The notes under the pieces are model-generated. The model did no database searches, was not told where the DNA came from, and was given only the letters and a program-made list of their open reading frames with translations. Both the position numbers and the translations under genes were made by a program. Positions 1 through 9,925 of a stretch of DNA of 64,000 nucleotides are shown in pieces. Each line of letters opens with the position of its first letter. Positions within the stretch are counted from its first letter, which is position 1. The DNA comes from an uncultured delta proteobacterium (GTDB lineage Bacteria; Desulfobacterota; RBG-13-43-22), in assembly GCA_963743305.1 (NCBI GenBank), contig CAVUPH010000014.1, positions 64,001 through 128,000 of the forward strand. The letters run 5' to 3'.

Positions 1-765
1 GAAATCCAAATATCGGCGACTCTTTCTTCCGAGATCCAGTCCCTGCTGAATGATCCTGTTTTCAAAAAGTCTCCGGAAAAGGTGTTTAGGGTGGACCCTG
101 GCCATGTCCGACGCAAATTTTATGAACGGGCGGCGACTTGCGGTTTTCCAAAAAGTCTGGGGGCTCCGGACGTGATTCGGAAATCGCGCGCCATAGAGCT
201 GATGCAGAACAATATGCCACTACCGGTTGTTCAAAGAATTATGGGACATTCAACGCCCAATTCAACTTCTTCGTTGGTTTCTTTTTCCGAAGAGGATATC
301 CAACAGATGACTCGATTTTTTTTCGAAAGAGAATCTTTTCGAAAGACGAGTGCGCGTAACGCCTTTTTCGGCAAAATCCGGACCATCCAAAAGGGAGACA
401 TCCAGGCGAAAGTGGAGATGGTTACCATCGGAGGCGGCCTGGTTACTACGGTGATTACCAATGAAAGTTTGGCCAGACTCGGTTTCAAGAAAGGAACGCT
501 ACTCACGGCCGAAGTTAAAGCGCCTCAGGTGATTTTAGAAAAAACAGATAAGGAACCTCAATGTACGGCAGAAAACCGGTTTCCTGGAAACATCGCCCGA
601 ATCAACAGAGGCAGGGTCACCACCGAGTACGTAGTCCGTATTGCGGATGGAACGGCGTTATGTTCGCTGGTGAGCAGCGAAATCAGTCAACGTCTTGATC
701 TCAAGGAAAACGATCCGGTCTGGGTTATATTCAATAGTTTTTCCGTGGTATTGCGTGCGGATTAG
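1..765 (+). CDS. TunR-like regulator (tyrosine-recombinase-like domain + two TOBE/Mop domains), 5' truncated by the window
   Basis: Frame is open from base 1. Integrase-like motif RKSRAIEL..VVQRIMGHS is followed by TSARN..G.I and two TOBE repeats. The catalytic His/Tyr positions are degenerate. Confidence 0.75.
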   Translation, partial: EIQISATLSSEIQSLLNDPVFKKSPEKVFRVDPGHVRRKFYERAATCGFPKSLGAPDVIRKSRAIELMQNNMPLPVVQRIMGHSTPNSTSSLVSFSEEDIQQMTRFFFERESFRKTSARNAFFGKIRTIQKGDIQAKVEMVTIGGGLVTTVITNESLARLGFKKGTLLTAEVKAPQVILEKTDKEPQCTAENRFPGNIARINRGRVTTEYVVRIADGTALCSLVSSEISQRLDLKENDPVWVIFNSFSVVLRAD

Positions 766-795
766 GTCATGCAGAATTTCCATCATTGCTTTCTA

Positions 796-1947
796 TTAAG
801 AAAATAACCCAATGGAAACCACCCCGCCGAGAATTACCACATAGAGAAGGTCTATCTTCTTTATCAAGGCGATTAAGGCCACCACCCCCAGAAGGATCCT
901 GATAATATCCCAGGGGACCGCTGCGGCAAATTTGATCAACACATAGAGCAGCAGACCAACAAAAGAAGCCAGGATACCCTTGGTCGCCTTTAAAAATAGC
1001 GGTGAGGCCTTTAATCGATCAAAGACAGGGTTTATGATAACCAGCATTAAAAAGGAGGGCGTGAATATGGAGAGGGTGGCCACCAGGGAGCCCCAAAAAC
1101 CATACAATAAATAGCCCACATAAGTGGCCGTAATGACAATCGGGCCCGGGGTGACCTGACCCAGGGCGATACCGTTCATAAAAGTCTTTTCATCCATCCA
1201 TCCCCTAACCTTCACAACCTCATGAAGCATCAAAGGCAGCGAAGTAAATCCGCCCCCGAAGGCAAAAAGATCTATTTTCATCATTAAAGTGGATAAAACA
1301 AAGGAATTGAAATTAAAGAAATAAAGAATTATCAACCCCGCCAAAAGAATCAATAGAAGGAAGAGCGTCGGCTTGATCTCCCATTGCTCGGCTTTTCGAT
1401 CCGCTGCCGGGGAGGGTTGGGTATTTCTAAATAAAAAAATACTGGCTAAACCGGCTCCCGGTATGACCAGAAAGGGACTGATCCCTATTCCCAGGAAGCC
1501 GGCTGCTGCAAAAGCAATAATAACATTTTGGTACCGATTGGCGATGCTTTTTCCAAAAGAATAGGTGGCCCGGGCAATAATGGCCACCACAATGACCTGA
1601 AGCCCGGCAAATAAGGATCGAACAAAAGAGAGTTCATGATAGTTTTTGTATAAGACCGAAAATATCAGCATCAAAATAAAGGCCGGCAACCCGAAACCCA
1701 CATAAGAGGCCAATGCTCCGCCTATCCCTTTTACCCTCAGCCCCACATAACCGGCCATTTGCATGGCCGTGGCTCCGGGAATGGATTGGCAGAGGACCAC
1801 GCCGTCCTTAAAGCGCTCCTCATCCAGCCATTTGTTTTTCATTACGGAAAGCTCTTTGATATAGGCGATCATGGCCGGGCCGCCGAAGGCGGTCAGGCCC
1901 AGCCGGAGAAAGGAGAAAAAAATTTTGGTTAGGGAAGGTAAAGGCAT
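796..1947 (-). CDS. chrA: Chromate efflux transporter (long-chain CHR family)
   Basis: Two CHR repeats: FLRLGLTAFGGP..QSIPG and KIDLFAFGGG..GQVTPGP. Likely start MPLPSL at 1947. Confidence 0.9.
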   Translation of the reverse strand: MPLPSLTKIFFSFLRLGLTAFGGPAMIAYIKELSVMKNKWLDEERFKDGVVLCQSIPGATAMQMAGYVGLRVKGIGGALASYVGFGLPAFILMLIFSVLYKNYHELSFVRSLFAGLQVIVVAIIARATYSFGKSIANRYQNVIIAFAAAGFLGIGISPFLVIPGAGLASIFLFRNTQPSPAADRKAEQWEIKPTLFLLLILLAGLIILYFFNFNSFVLSTLMMKIDLFAFGGGFTSLPLMLHEVVKVRGWMDEKTFMNGIALGQVTPGPIVITATYVGYLLYGFWGSLVATLSIFTPSFLMLVIINPVFDRLKASPLFLKATKGILASFVGLLLYVLIKFAAAVPWDIIRILLGVVALIALIKKIDLLYVVILGGVVSIGLFS

Positions 1948-1957
1948 GGGAAGAGCT

Positions 1958-3295
1958 TTAAAAATAATATCTGATTCGGAATTCCAGCCTATAATCATTC
2001 GGCTTTTCACCGAATTCACTCCCCCTTGAACCCACGATAAACCCGGTCCTGAGGCGCAGTTCCAGATTGGTAATCCCGGTGTAGACCAATTCAGGGGTTA
2101 GGGAAAAGCTCCGGTCGTCGATATTGGCCAGCAGGGTGATGGCCGGGGTGAAGTAAAGGATATCCAAAGGCTCCTTCTGGCTTACCCTCAGGTAAAGATA
2201 ATTCGTTTCCGGGGTCTGCTTCCCGTAATTGCCCTGGGACAGGTTATTGGCCCGGTTCAGCAAAGAGGGATTGCCCGTTGTGGTATAAAGGCTATACCCC
2301 TTGTCTATGAATGAAAAGAAATCCTGCATCTCCTGATTGTTGTACCCCTGGCCGTTCCGGTAATATTCGAGGATATACGTGGTATCCCGGACGGTAAGAT
2401 ACCTAAGGCCCAGCAGGGCGTTGAAGGCATTGTAACTGGACTGGAACATATTCCCGTTGGGATCGACGGAGGCCTTGGTAAAATTATTGATCAGGGAGAA
2501 TTCTCCATGCAGCTCGAGGTTGGTGGTGACATTTCTGGAAAAGTCCAGGCCGTAGCGCGCAGTTTTGCTCCCGTTGGTCAGGAAGATCAAATCGATATCC
2601 GTATCGTAAAGAAGAAAATAGAACTTAGCGGCCCCATTCAGATTTCCGGTCGACCCGAAATCCTCATTGACGCCGACGTAGGCGGGTAGCAGGACCGGGG
2701 TAAAAGAAAAGGTCTTCAGGGCCTGGCCCTCCCAACTTTTGGTATAGTCCACAGAGGCTACCACATATCCTTCCCGGGCCAGTTCGGGATCATCGGGGTT
2801 CTTCGGCCGGTCAAGAAAAGCCGCCGGGTTCCAGGCATAGCCCTTACCCCAATTGAGCGTTTTTTTGCCGAATTCGGTGATAAAGGTCGGTGAGGGCTTG
2901 AACGAAACATTGCCCTCGAAGACCAGAGTATTGCTGGCTGCCGTTTGATAGTTGTTGGTGTAGGAGGTATTGGTTTTGATGTAGAAACGGGAGATGCCTT
3001 TCTCCAGGCTCCCTTCCAACTGGAGCGTTCCATCATATTCCGGGGTGGTCGCCCCTATATTTCGGTTGTAAAAATTGAGTTTATAGAGGGCGGCGTTCTT
3101 ATCCAGTCCGAAGAGGATCGGAGAGGCTTCTATATAGCCACCGAGATGAAAGGGTTTCTTTTCCGTCTCTGAGACGTCAAACTTGTATTCCTCGGCCTTA
3201 TTTTCCTCTGAAAAAGCAGGAGTCCGAGCAATGAGCAGCAAACAGGAGGTGAGGAACAACAGGCTAAGAATCCCCACCAGCCGACGGATCTCCAA
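1958..3295 (-). CDS. Outer-membrane beta-barrel protein associated with LolA-like/ABC module
   Basis: Signal peptide, GKK.LNWGKG motif, C-terminal RYYF barrel signature. Confidence 0.7.
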   Translation of the reverse strand: MEIRRLVGILSLLFLTSCLLLIARTPAFSEENKAEEYKFDVSETEKKPFHLGGYIEASPILFGLDKNAALYKLNFYNRNIGATTPEYDGTLQLEGSLEKGISRFYIKTNTSYTNNYQTAASNTLVFEGNVSFKPSPTFITEFGKKTLNWGKGYAWNPAAFLDRPKNPDDPELAREGYVVASVDYTKSWEGQALKTFSFTPVLLPAYVGVNEDFGSTGNLNGAAKFYFLLYDTDIDLIFLTNGSKTARYGLDFSRNVTTNLELHGEFSLINNFTKASVDPNGNMFQSSYNAFNALLGLRYLTVRDTTYILEYYRNGQGYNNQEMQDFFSFIDKGYSLYTTTGNPSLLNRANNLSQGNYGKQTPETNYLYLRVSQKEPLDILYFTPAITLLANIDDRSFSLTPELVYTGITNLELRLRTGFIVGSRGSEFGEKPNDYRLEFRIRYYF

Positions 3296-3319
3296 CCTCG
3301 AGCGATTGATTCTTGGTTT

Positions 3320-4067
3320 TCACCGCAATGAGTCCATTTTCGGCATAAAGGTTAAGGTGAAGACCTCATCCTTGAAGTCCTTCTTTTTGATCTTGGCGAA
3401 AATCATGATCGATTTGTAACCCTTGTAAAGGGGGCTATCCGTCTCGATGATGGCCGGTCGCACCAAACCCGCGCCGAACTCCTTGATGTCCTTGAAATAA
3501 AGGGTCTTGATCAGCATGTTGGCTTCGGTGAGACATTCGATCCTGGTCGGTAGATTTTTGTTCTTATCGACCCACATTTTGAGCCGGTCATAGGACACGG
3601 TTTTGGTCTTGGCCTTGAGAAAAAGAAGGGTTTCCTTGGGAGTGGAATCGACTTTTTCCACGTCATACTCTACCGAATAATCAAGGGCCAGATATATCGG
3701 CATTATTGAAAACGCCGCCGATGACCGATTGAAGGCTGGTGATGCGGATCGGCTTGCCCACGTTGGGGACATAGAGCCACATATTATCTCCCAGTCTGAG
3801 CGTGCTCCTGCCATTCTCACTGGCCGGCGAAAGAAACAACCCGGCCATTTTATCCGTCCCTTTTTTGGCCGTAAAATAGACGTATTCTTTCTTTTTTCCA
3901 TCCGGTTCGATGTTGATGATCTTCCGATAGGACTCATAAGATTCGGGACTGAGGTTCTTGTCTATCTGGGCAAGCAGTTGCGCCCCGTCCATTGCCTGAA
4001 GCGGTGCGGCACTACCCAGCAGCATGGCGCATAAGAGTATCCGTAAGAAAACTAAAGACTTGTTCAT
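3320..4067 (-). CDS. LolA-like outer-membrane lipoprotein-sorting protein (frameshift near 3690)
   Basis: N-part (FLSPASENGRSTLRLGDNMWLYVP) in ORF 3681..4067 joins C-part (YDRLKMWVDK..KTLYFKDIK) in ORF 3320..3937. Confidence 0.8.
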
Positions 4068-4138
4068 CGATGGATCCTTTCGTTAAGGATTGAAACAACT
4101 ATCATCCCAAGAAGCTGTACTTTTTTCATTCGATCTTC

Positions 4139-5374
4139 CTATACATGTCTTAAGGCGGTAATCGGCTCCATCCGCGAGGCCTTGAGGGCCGGTTGGAGAC
4201 TTCCGAGAATGGCGACCACGACCACGATCACCGATACGATGATCAGGTCGGATAATTGCACCGCAGGCGAGAGCACGAAGGTCTGCCTGGCGAAGTTGAA
4301 GCTGATATGGGCTAGACGGAGCACGAAGACAATAACCAAGCCGATCACATTTCCGATGACCACCCCGAATATCCCGAGCAGCAGACCTTCCATTACGAAC
4401 ATGGAGAGAATCTTGCCCGGCAGCGTGCCAATGGCGGCAATGGTGCCGATTTCCCGTATCCGCTCGTAGACCGCCATGATCATCACGTTCATGACGCTCA
4501 CCAGCACGATCGCGATGAGCATGACCTTAATGAAAATGGTCATGAGGTTGATCATCTGGGCCAGGCTGAAGAACGGGGAAAGGCCCTCCCAGGTGTGGAC
4601 CTCGAATATCGGCTTGCCCTGTTTGTTTTTTTCGCCGGAGAGCGCTTGGTCCAGTTGACCATAAATTTTGTGGAGGGCGCCGAAGTCTTTCAGCCTAATG
4701 GCTATTTCGCTGATCTCCGGTCCGTCCATCCGGAGAATTTCAACGGCATCATCGATGTGAACGTAGCCGTCCCTTCCGCCAGGGCCCGTGGCGCTCTCCA
4801 ATACCCCGCCGACCTTGAGCTGCTTTCCATTCACCGAGCCGTCCTTGTTCGTGGCGATCACGACCACCATGGAGCCCACTTTTAGGTTCATGCCGCGCGC
4901 CAGGAGTTCGGGGATCATAATTTCCCCCTTCTTGATGACCTTCTCTCCTTCTATGACTCGCGCCATCAAAAGCGGAACGGTCCGGGCCTCTTTCTCGGGA
5001 TCGACCCCATTGAGCCGGATGGCGGTCGTCTCGGTGAAATTACTGAACATGCCCCCGAACTTGATTCTCGGAGAATAGGCCTCGATCCCCGGCGTCCCCT
5101 CCAGTAGCTTTTCCACCTTGGCCACGGCCTGGGGCTTCATGTTCATGGTCAGGGGTAGATTGTCGATGGAGGCCACATATCCCTTTCGATGGATCTGGAT
5201 GTGGCCGAGCATTGAGTCGGTGATCTGACTGATAATGAGATTTTTAAACGAGCCCGAAACAGCGGTGAAAACCAGGACAAAGACGATGCCAATGGCCACG
5301 AGCGAGGAGGTGAGCAAGGTCCTCCGTTTGTAGCGTATCAGGTTTCTTATGGCGATCTTCAGGACGTTATACAC
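4139..5374 (-). CDS. ABC transporter permease, FtsX/LolE family
   Basis: AIRNLIRYKRRT start, ERIREIGTIAAIG motif, ASRMEPITALRH end. Confidence 0.9.
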   Translation of the reverse strand: MYNVLKIAIRNLIRYKRRTLLTSSLVAIGIVFVLVFTAVSGSFKNLIISQITDSMLGHIQIHRKGYVASIDNLPLTMNMKPQAVAKVEKLLEGTPGIEAYSPRIKFGGMFSNFTETTAIRLNGVDPEKEARTVPLLMARVIEGEKVIKKGEIMIPELLARGMNLKVGSMVVVIATNKDGSVNGKQLKVGGVLESATGPGGRDGYVHIDDAVEILRMDGPEISEIAIRLKDFGALHKIYGQLDQALSGEKNKQGKPIFEVHTWEGLSPFFSLAQMINLMTIFIKVMLIAIVLVSVMNVMIMAVYERIREIGTIAAIGTLPGKILSMFVMEGLLLGIFGVVIGNVIGLVIVFVLRLAHISFNFARQTFVLSPAVQLSDLIIVSVIVVVVAILGSLQPALKASRMEPITALRHV

Positions 5375-6071
5375 GATTCCCCTCCCTTTCCCCTTTCCGG
5401 TTTACTATCATCCCATCTTCGAGTGTATAGATGATTTCCGCTTCTCCCACAATCTTCTGGTCATGGGTCGAAAAGATAAAAGTGGTCTTGAATTCATTTT
5501 TCATTTTCCTCATCAACCCTATGACCATGTAGGCCGTTGCCTTGTCGAGATTGGCCGTCGGTTCATCAGCCAGGACGAGTTTGGGGTTGGTCACCAGGGC
5601 CCGAGCCACGGCCACCCGCTGCTTCTGACCGCCTGATATCTGGTCGGGATACTTGTCCTTCTGTTCTATCATCCCTACGGCCTCAAGCAAGGCCGTTACC
5701 CGCTTTTGCCTTTCCTGCTGGGGAAGACTTTGCACCATCAGGAGGGGATATTCGATGTTCTCGTACACGGTCAGGACCGGGATGAGGTTGAAGTCCTGAA
5801 ATATAAAGCCGATATTTGCTCCTCTAAAAGAGGCGCTTTGTTTACGGTCCAGGGAAAGGACGTCTTTCCCGGCGACCGTCAGACGGCCTTCCGTAGGTTT
5901 ATCGAGACAGCCAACGAGATTTAAGAGCGTGGTTTTGCCACTTCCCGAAGGCCCTACGAAGGATACAAAGGAAGCCGGTTCGATCTCGAAACTCAAACCC
6001 CTTAGCGCCTGGACCGTCACCTCGCCCAGGCGATAGTCTTTATGAAGATTTTCTGCCGCTACTAATGCCAT
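5367..6071 (-). CDS. ABC transporter ATP-binding protein (LolD/MacB-like)
   Basis: Walker A GPSGSGKT, signature ISGGQKQRV, LADEPTANLD. Confidence 0.95.
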   Translation of the reverse strand: MALVAAENLHKDYRLGEVTVQALRGLSFEIEPASFVSFVGPSGSGKTTLLNLVGCLDKPTEGRLTVAGKDVLSLDRKQSASFRGANIGFIFQDFNLIPVLTVYENIEYPLLMVQSLPQQERQKRVTALLEAVGMIEQKDKYPDQISGGQKQRVAVARALVTNPKLVLADEPTANLDKATAYMVIGLMRKMKNEFKTTFIFSTHDQKIVGEAEIIYTLEDGMIVNRKGEREGNRV

Positions 6072-6179
6072 TTTTCCTCCTTACATTTGTTCTAAAAAAT
6101 AGTGTTTTAAACAGGTTTGACACCTTGAATAATAACCAGCCCTTCACCCCATTTCAATCATTTAAAATCATCTTCCCTG

Positions 6180-6776
6180 TTAGAATACACCCGGCCTCAT
6201 AAATGGGCCGCCCATTAAGCTCCGCATCCGGCCGAATCCCATGGGAGTATCACCGAGCTTCTGAATTTGCTCGGGCGAGAGAATCTTCCGCATCTCGAGA
6301 GGAATCTGGGCCATCCGGTCGAAGAGTTGCTCCCGCAAAGAGAACATCTCTTTCTGTTTTGCCTGCAATGTCGCTTCATCGGTCATCGGGTCCGTCATGA
6401 GTTTTTGCATTTCGAGTTGCTTCTGCGTCAGGTCATTTCTCAAGGCCTCTGTCTCTCCGTAGATGCGGTTTCTCAGTCCGCTCATCTGGTTCAACTGTTC
6501 CTCGGAAAGATTGAGATAACGGACGGGACCAAAGCCACCTTGAAAACCAGGACCGAAACCCTGTCTGAACCCCGGGCCGACGCCACCGGGCGCGAACCGG
6601 GTCCCAGATCCTGAAAAGCCCTCAGAACCGGTAAAAGGACCACGAAAACCGGCGGGCGGACCGGCGAAGGGCGGTCCTCCGTCACCGAAGGAGAGCCCGT
6701 AGCCCCAAGCCATAATCCCCAAGCCCGCAAAACTCAAAGCAAGAACCGTTAAATACCACTTTTTGATCTTTCTCAT
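6180..6776 (-). CDS. Spy/CpxP/ZraP-family periplasmic protein with Gly-Pro-Phe-rich N-region
   Basis: Signal peptide, LNLSEEQ and ILSPEQ (LTXXQ) motifs. Confidence 0.8.
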   Translation of the reverse strand: MRKIKKWYLTVLALSFAGLGIMAWGYGLSFGDGGPPFAGPPAGFRGPFTGSEGFSGSGTRFAPGGVGPGFRQGFGPGFQGGFGPVRYLNLSEEQLNQMSGLRNRIYGETEALRNDLTQKQLEMQKLMTDPMTDEATLQAKQKEMFSLREQLFDRMAQIPLEMRKILSPEQIQKLGDTPMGFGRMRSLMGGPFMRPGVF

Positions 6777-6933
6777 TGTAACATCCTCCTTTTCAAATAG
6801 AATTTACTTCATTTACCAAAAGAATCGAACCCCTTTTCCCCACCCACTATGGCCGGGGCGATTCGTTCACTATATGGCCGACAGCTTCCTGCGCGCTCCC
6901 TAATTGAAACATGGGGACACCTTTCTGTTTTTA

Positions 6934-7431
6934 TCAACGACCCGCCCATCCTCGGCCTGCCCCCCGGCCAGGGCTGAAAGATGGAACGGGATCTTGTTGC
7001 TCGGGGGTCAGGAGATCTTGGCATTTGAATCGATAGTTAAAATTCTTTTCCCGGATTTTTTTCTGGAGGTCTTGAATGTCTTTTCTAAGACTGAAGATCC
7101 GGGACGCCTCTGTTTTCGAGCTGGAGTCCAACAACCTTAATTCCAATCTCTTAGCTCCAATCTCCTGCCGAAGAGGGGCCATTTCCTTCCAGTAATCCTT
7201 GTGTATTTTTTCCATTTTGGCCGATGGCTCAGGCGTCAAACCGTCATTCTCATAAAACCCCTGCCCAAGCCTCGATCCCATTCCTCTGCCCCGGGGTTGA
7301 GCCAGGGCCTTACCGGCCGACATGAGCATGAAAAGAAAAAAGAGCAGGGCCGCCATGAGAAACATGATGATCAAGACGGACAATTTATCCTTCCCGGCCG
7401 CCTTCTTGACATCTTGAGAATTCCAGTTCAC
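6934..7431 (-). CDS. Spy/CpxP/ZraP-family periplasmic protein
   Basis: N-terminal hydrophobic segment, GLTPE and LLTPEQ motifs, Gly-rich ends. Confidence 0.8.
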   Translation of the reverse strand: MNWNSQDVKKAAGKDKLSVLIIMFLMAALLFFLFMLMSAGKALAQPRGRGMGSRLGQGFYENDGLTPEPSAKMEKIHKDYWKEMAPLRQEIGAKRLELRLLDSSSKTEASRIFSLRKDIQDLQKKIREKNFNYRFKCQDLLTPEQQDPVPSFSPGRGAGRGWAGR

Positions 7432-7590
7432 AAGGATCCCTCCTTTCTGTCATTCCGGTGAAAACCGGAATCCAGTCTTTTTAGTTACTTCCGGACCACG
7501 GCTTTCATCACACCGGGGTGACGGGTTTGGGACTTCTTACGATTCAACCAAGATTGATCTTGAAAGCAAAAAAGCGGGGTGCTGTTGAAT

Positions 7591-7893
7591 TTAGCAACGA
7601 AGAGGAAAGATGGTTAAGCCATCGAGAGGAAAGGCCGTCATAAAACCGACAACCTGAATCTGTAGAAAAGCGGGTAAGGTTGAAGAGATAGAAGCCAAGG
7701 GCAAATGCATTATGGTCAAATCACCGGGGTTTGAATTGGAATTAATAATAGTCGGATTACACCGTTCAATCTTTAGGCCTGGCTTGAATGGGCAACCGGC
7801 CCCCATTTTTAAGGCCAATTTCAGGGGTGTTGCCCCGGCCAACCAAGGAACCAGAAGGATAACCACCATTAAGATAAGGATTCTTGATTTCAT
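7591..7893 (-). CDS. Small exported hypothetical protein ending in LRC
   Basis: Signal-like N-terminus, 3 Cys, lies directly below a sigma-54 promoter. Confidence 0.6.
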   Translation of the reverse strand: MKSRILILMVVILLVPWLAGATPLKLALKMGAGCPFKPGLKIERCNPTIINSNSNPGDLTIMHLPLASISSTLPAFLQIQVVGFMTAFPLDGLTIFPLRC

Positions 7894-7937
7894 GACTTGT
7901 ACTCAAATTTTGTGTTTCTATCTATTATCCTAAAATT

Positions 7938-7953
7938 AGCAACTATTGTGCCT
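7938..7953 (-). promoter_or_regulatory. Sigma-54 (-24/-12) promoter
   Basis: Minus strand AGGCACAATAGTTGCT matches TGGCAC-N5-TTGC, 45 bp upstream of ATG 7893. Confidence 0.7.
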
Positions 7954-8039
7954 GACCTGATATATTTTCTAAAATATATTTATAATTAATGGGTTACATA
8001 ATTAATTTTGTATTTGATCCTTTAGGAAAAATAACCGGA

Positions 8040-8148
8040 TCGACAAATTTGTCGAGCAAGCCGATTCGATAATTTTGATTATCTCTTTGTTATTACTGAT
8101 AATCGTCACAAGGACACCCTTTACTGGATGCTCGACATATTTGTCGAG
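8040..8148. promoter_or_regulatory. Pair of palindromic upstream activator sites (putative bEBP binding)
   Basis: TCGACAAATTTGTCGA at 8040-8055 (perfect palindrome) and CTCGACATATTTGTCGAG at 8131-8148, upstream of the sigma-54 promoter. Confidence 0.65.
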
Positions 8149-8265
8149 CGCGCCGATTACCGATTCTCCGAGATGAATAAAAAATGAATTAATTGAGTAA
8201 TTGTAATGGCCGAAACATCCCTTTTCATGAGCTTCTTATGACCTTCCACGGCCTTTACGGGGCCG

Positions 8266-9510
8266 TTACAGCTTCCTCAATATGTCCATCGGCTTCATCC
8301 GGGAAGTCCGCCTTCCCATGAAAAAGCTGGCCAGGGCACCGGCTATGAGCGACAGGGCCAAAGATGCAGCGCTGAGACCCGCCGAGACGCTCACCGGGAG
8401 TTTGACGGCTGTTGTTGTCGCGGTTGCCGCCTCCTTGGCAAAAGCGGGAGTGAGATTGATCTCCCAAGGGGTTGATACGGGAATGAAGAGATTCCCCCCC
8501 AACAGGTAAGAAATCCCATAACCAGCCATTAGACCCACGAGGCCCCCGGCGAAGGATTGCAGCAGGGCCTCGCCCATCAGTTGCTGTTGCACATCTTTCT
8601 CGGTCCAGCCTACGGCTTTTAAAATGCCGATCTCGCTGGAGCGGGCCACCAGGTTGGCCAGCATGGTCTTGATGATCAGAAATATGGCCCCGCCGAGGGC
8701 GATAATGGATACGAGAAACGAAAACTGGTCGGAAATTTTGGAAACACCCCCCATCAGTTCTAAAAAAGAATCGGAACTCGTGACGGAGGCACCGGGTACT
8801 TCTTTGGCGATCTGCGTCTTCACCTGGCTCAAAAGTGAGGGATTGGTAAGCCGCAGATAGACGATATTGACCCCCTGGGCCTTTTCGGAAAGGAGCTTCT
8901 GCGCATCAGCCAAGGGGAGGTAGATATTAGCCGATGCGATCTGGGAGCCTTCTTTGATCTCCAGGAGGCCCACCACCGTGAAGGGCCGGCCCTCAATCAT
9001 CATGGTCCCGCCCAGGGCCGCGTGATGGAATTTGGCATAGTGTTTTTCCAGGACGATCTCTCCGTCTTTCTCAGGGAAGCGGCCCTCTTTCAGCCACTCC
9101 TTGACTTTGACCGGTCCCAGGCTCGGTTGGGAAAGGTCTACGCCCATAATGGTCTGAAAACCGCTTCGGTCGAACTCCCAAAGGAGCAAGGAAGAGGCCG
9201 TGGAACCCACACCCTCTATGAAGGCCAGTTTCCTGACCTCTTCAGGCCCCAACAACTGGTTCGAGAAGGGCAGGCGAATCCCCCGCATCGAGGTAGCGGT
9301 TTGAACCCCATTAACCGCGCGCTTTTCGGGTTTCTGGACCACGAGGTCCGCGCCCAGATTTTTAAAAGGCAGGCTTACTGCCTTTTGATAGGCCGTCGAG
9401 ACGGCGTTGATAGCCACAAAGAGGGCGATCCCTATGGCAATACCCAGGACGTTCACCAAGGTCCGGTTATGATGGTGTCGAAGCTCATTCAGTACATACC
9501 GATAGTTCAT
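8266..9510 (-). CDS. ABC transporter permease, FtsX/MacB family
   Basis: Start MNYRYV at 9510, RSSEIGILKAVGW, MKPMDILR. Confidence 0.9.
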   Translation of the reverse strand: MNYRYVLNELRHHHNRTLVNVLGIAIGIALFVAINAVSTAYQKAVSLPFKNLGADLVVQKPEKRAVNGVQTATSMRGIRLPFSNQLLGPEEVRKLAFIEGVGSTASSLLLWEFDRSGFQTIMGVDLSQPSLGPVKVKEWLKEGRFPEKDGEIVLEKHYAKFHHAALGGTMMIEGRPFTVVGLLEIKEGSQIASANIYLPLADAQKLLSEKAQGVNIVYLRLTNPSLLSQVKTQIAKEVPGASVTSSDSFLELMGGVSKISDQFSFLVSIIALGGAIFLIIKTMLANLVARSSEIGILKAVGWTEKDVQQQLMGEALLQSFAGGLVGLMAGYGISYLLGGNLFIPVSTPWEINLTPAFAKEAATATTTAVKLPVSVSAGLSAASLALSLIAGALASFFMGRRTSRMKPMDILRKL

Positions 9511-9517
9511 AGCCCGC

Positions 9518-9925
9518 TCACTTTTTGCCCGTTGCCAGGTTGAGGGCACCTTTGAGGTCCTCCATTGTCCATTGGCCTTGAAAGAAGGCCGGGCCTGAAC
9601 CCGTAGGGAAGCCGGTGAAGGCGATGGGCTTCCCGGCAACGGTCCATTTGGGTTGGCCGTCTATCCAAATGACCAGCGGTATATGCTGTCGTATTCCCAT
9701 TTTGGCCTTGAACTGCTCCCCCTCTTCCGTGTCGAAGTCATGCCAAGCCACAATAATTTTGTCGCCATACGTGGAAAAAATACCCTTCATCTTGTTGAGC
9801 GTATCCAGGAGGGGGCCGTGGTTCATGTAGAGCACGTCAATCTTGATCGAGGTGGCCGCCTCGATTTTGCCCCCCAGGCTAAAAATGGCCAAGGCCAAAA
9901 AACACACAAAAATAATTTTTTTCAT
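9518..9925 (-). CDS. Exported hypothetical protein, possibly Cys-less thioredoxin-like fold
   Basis: Signal peptide; lies between the ABC ATPase (overlapping its stop) and a permease. Confidence 0.65.
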   Translation of the reverse strand: MKKIIFVCFLALAIFSLGGKIEAATSIKIDVLYMNHGPLLDTLNKMKGIFSTYGDKIIVAWHDFDTEEGEQFKAKMGIRQHIPLVIWIDGQPKWTVAGKPIAFTGFPTGSGPAFFQGQWTMEDLKGALNLATGKK

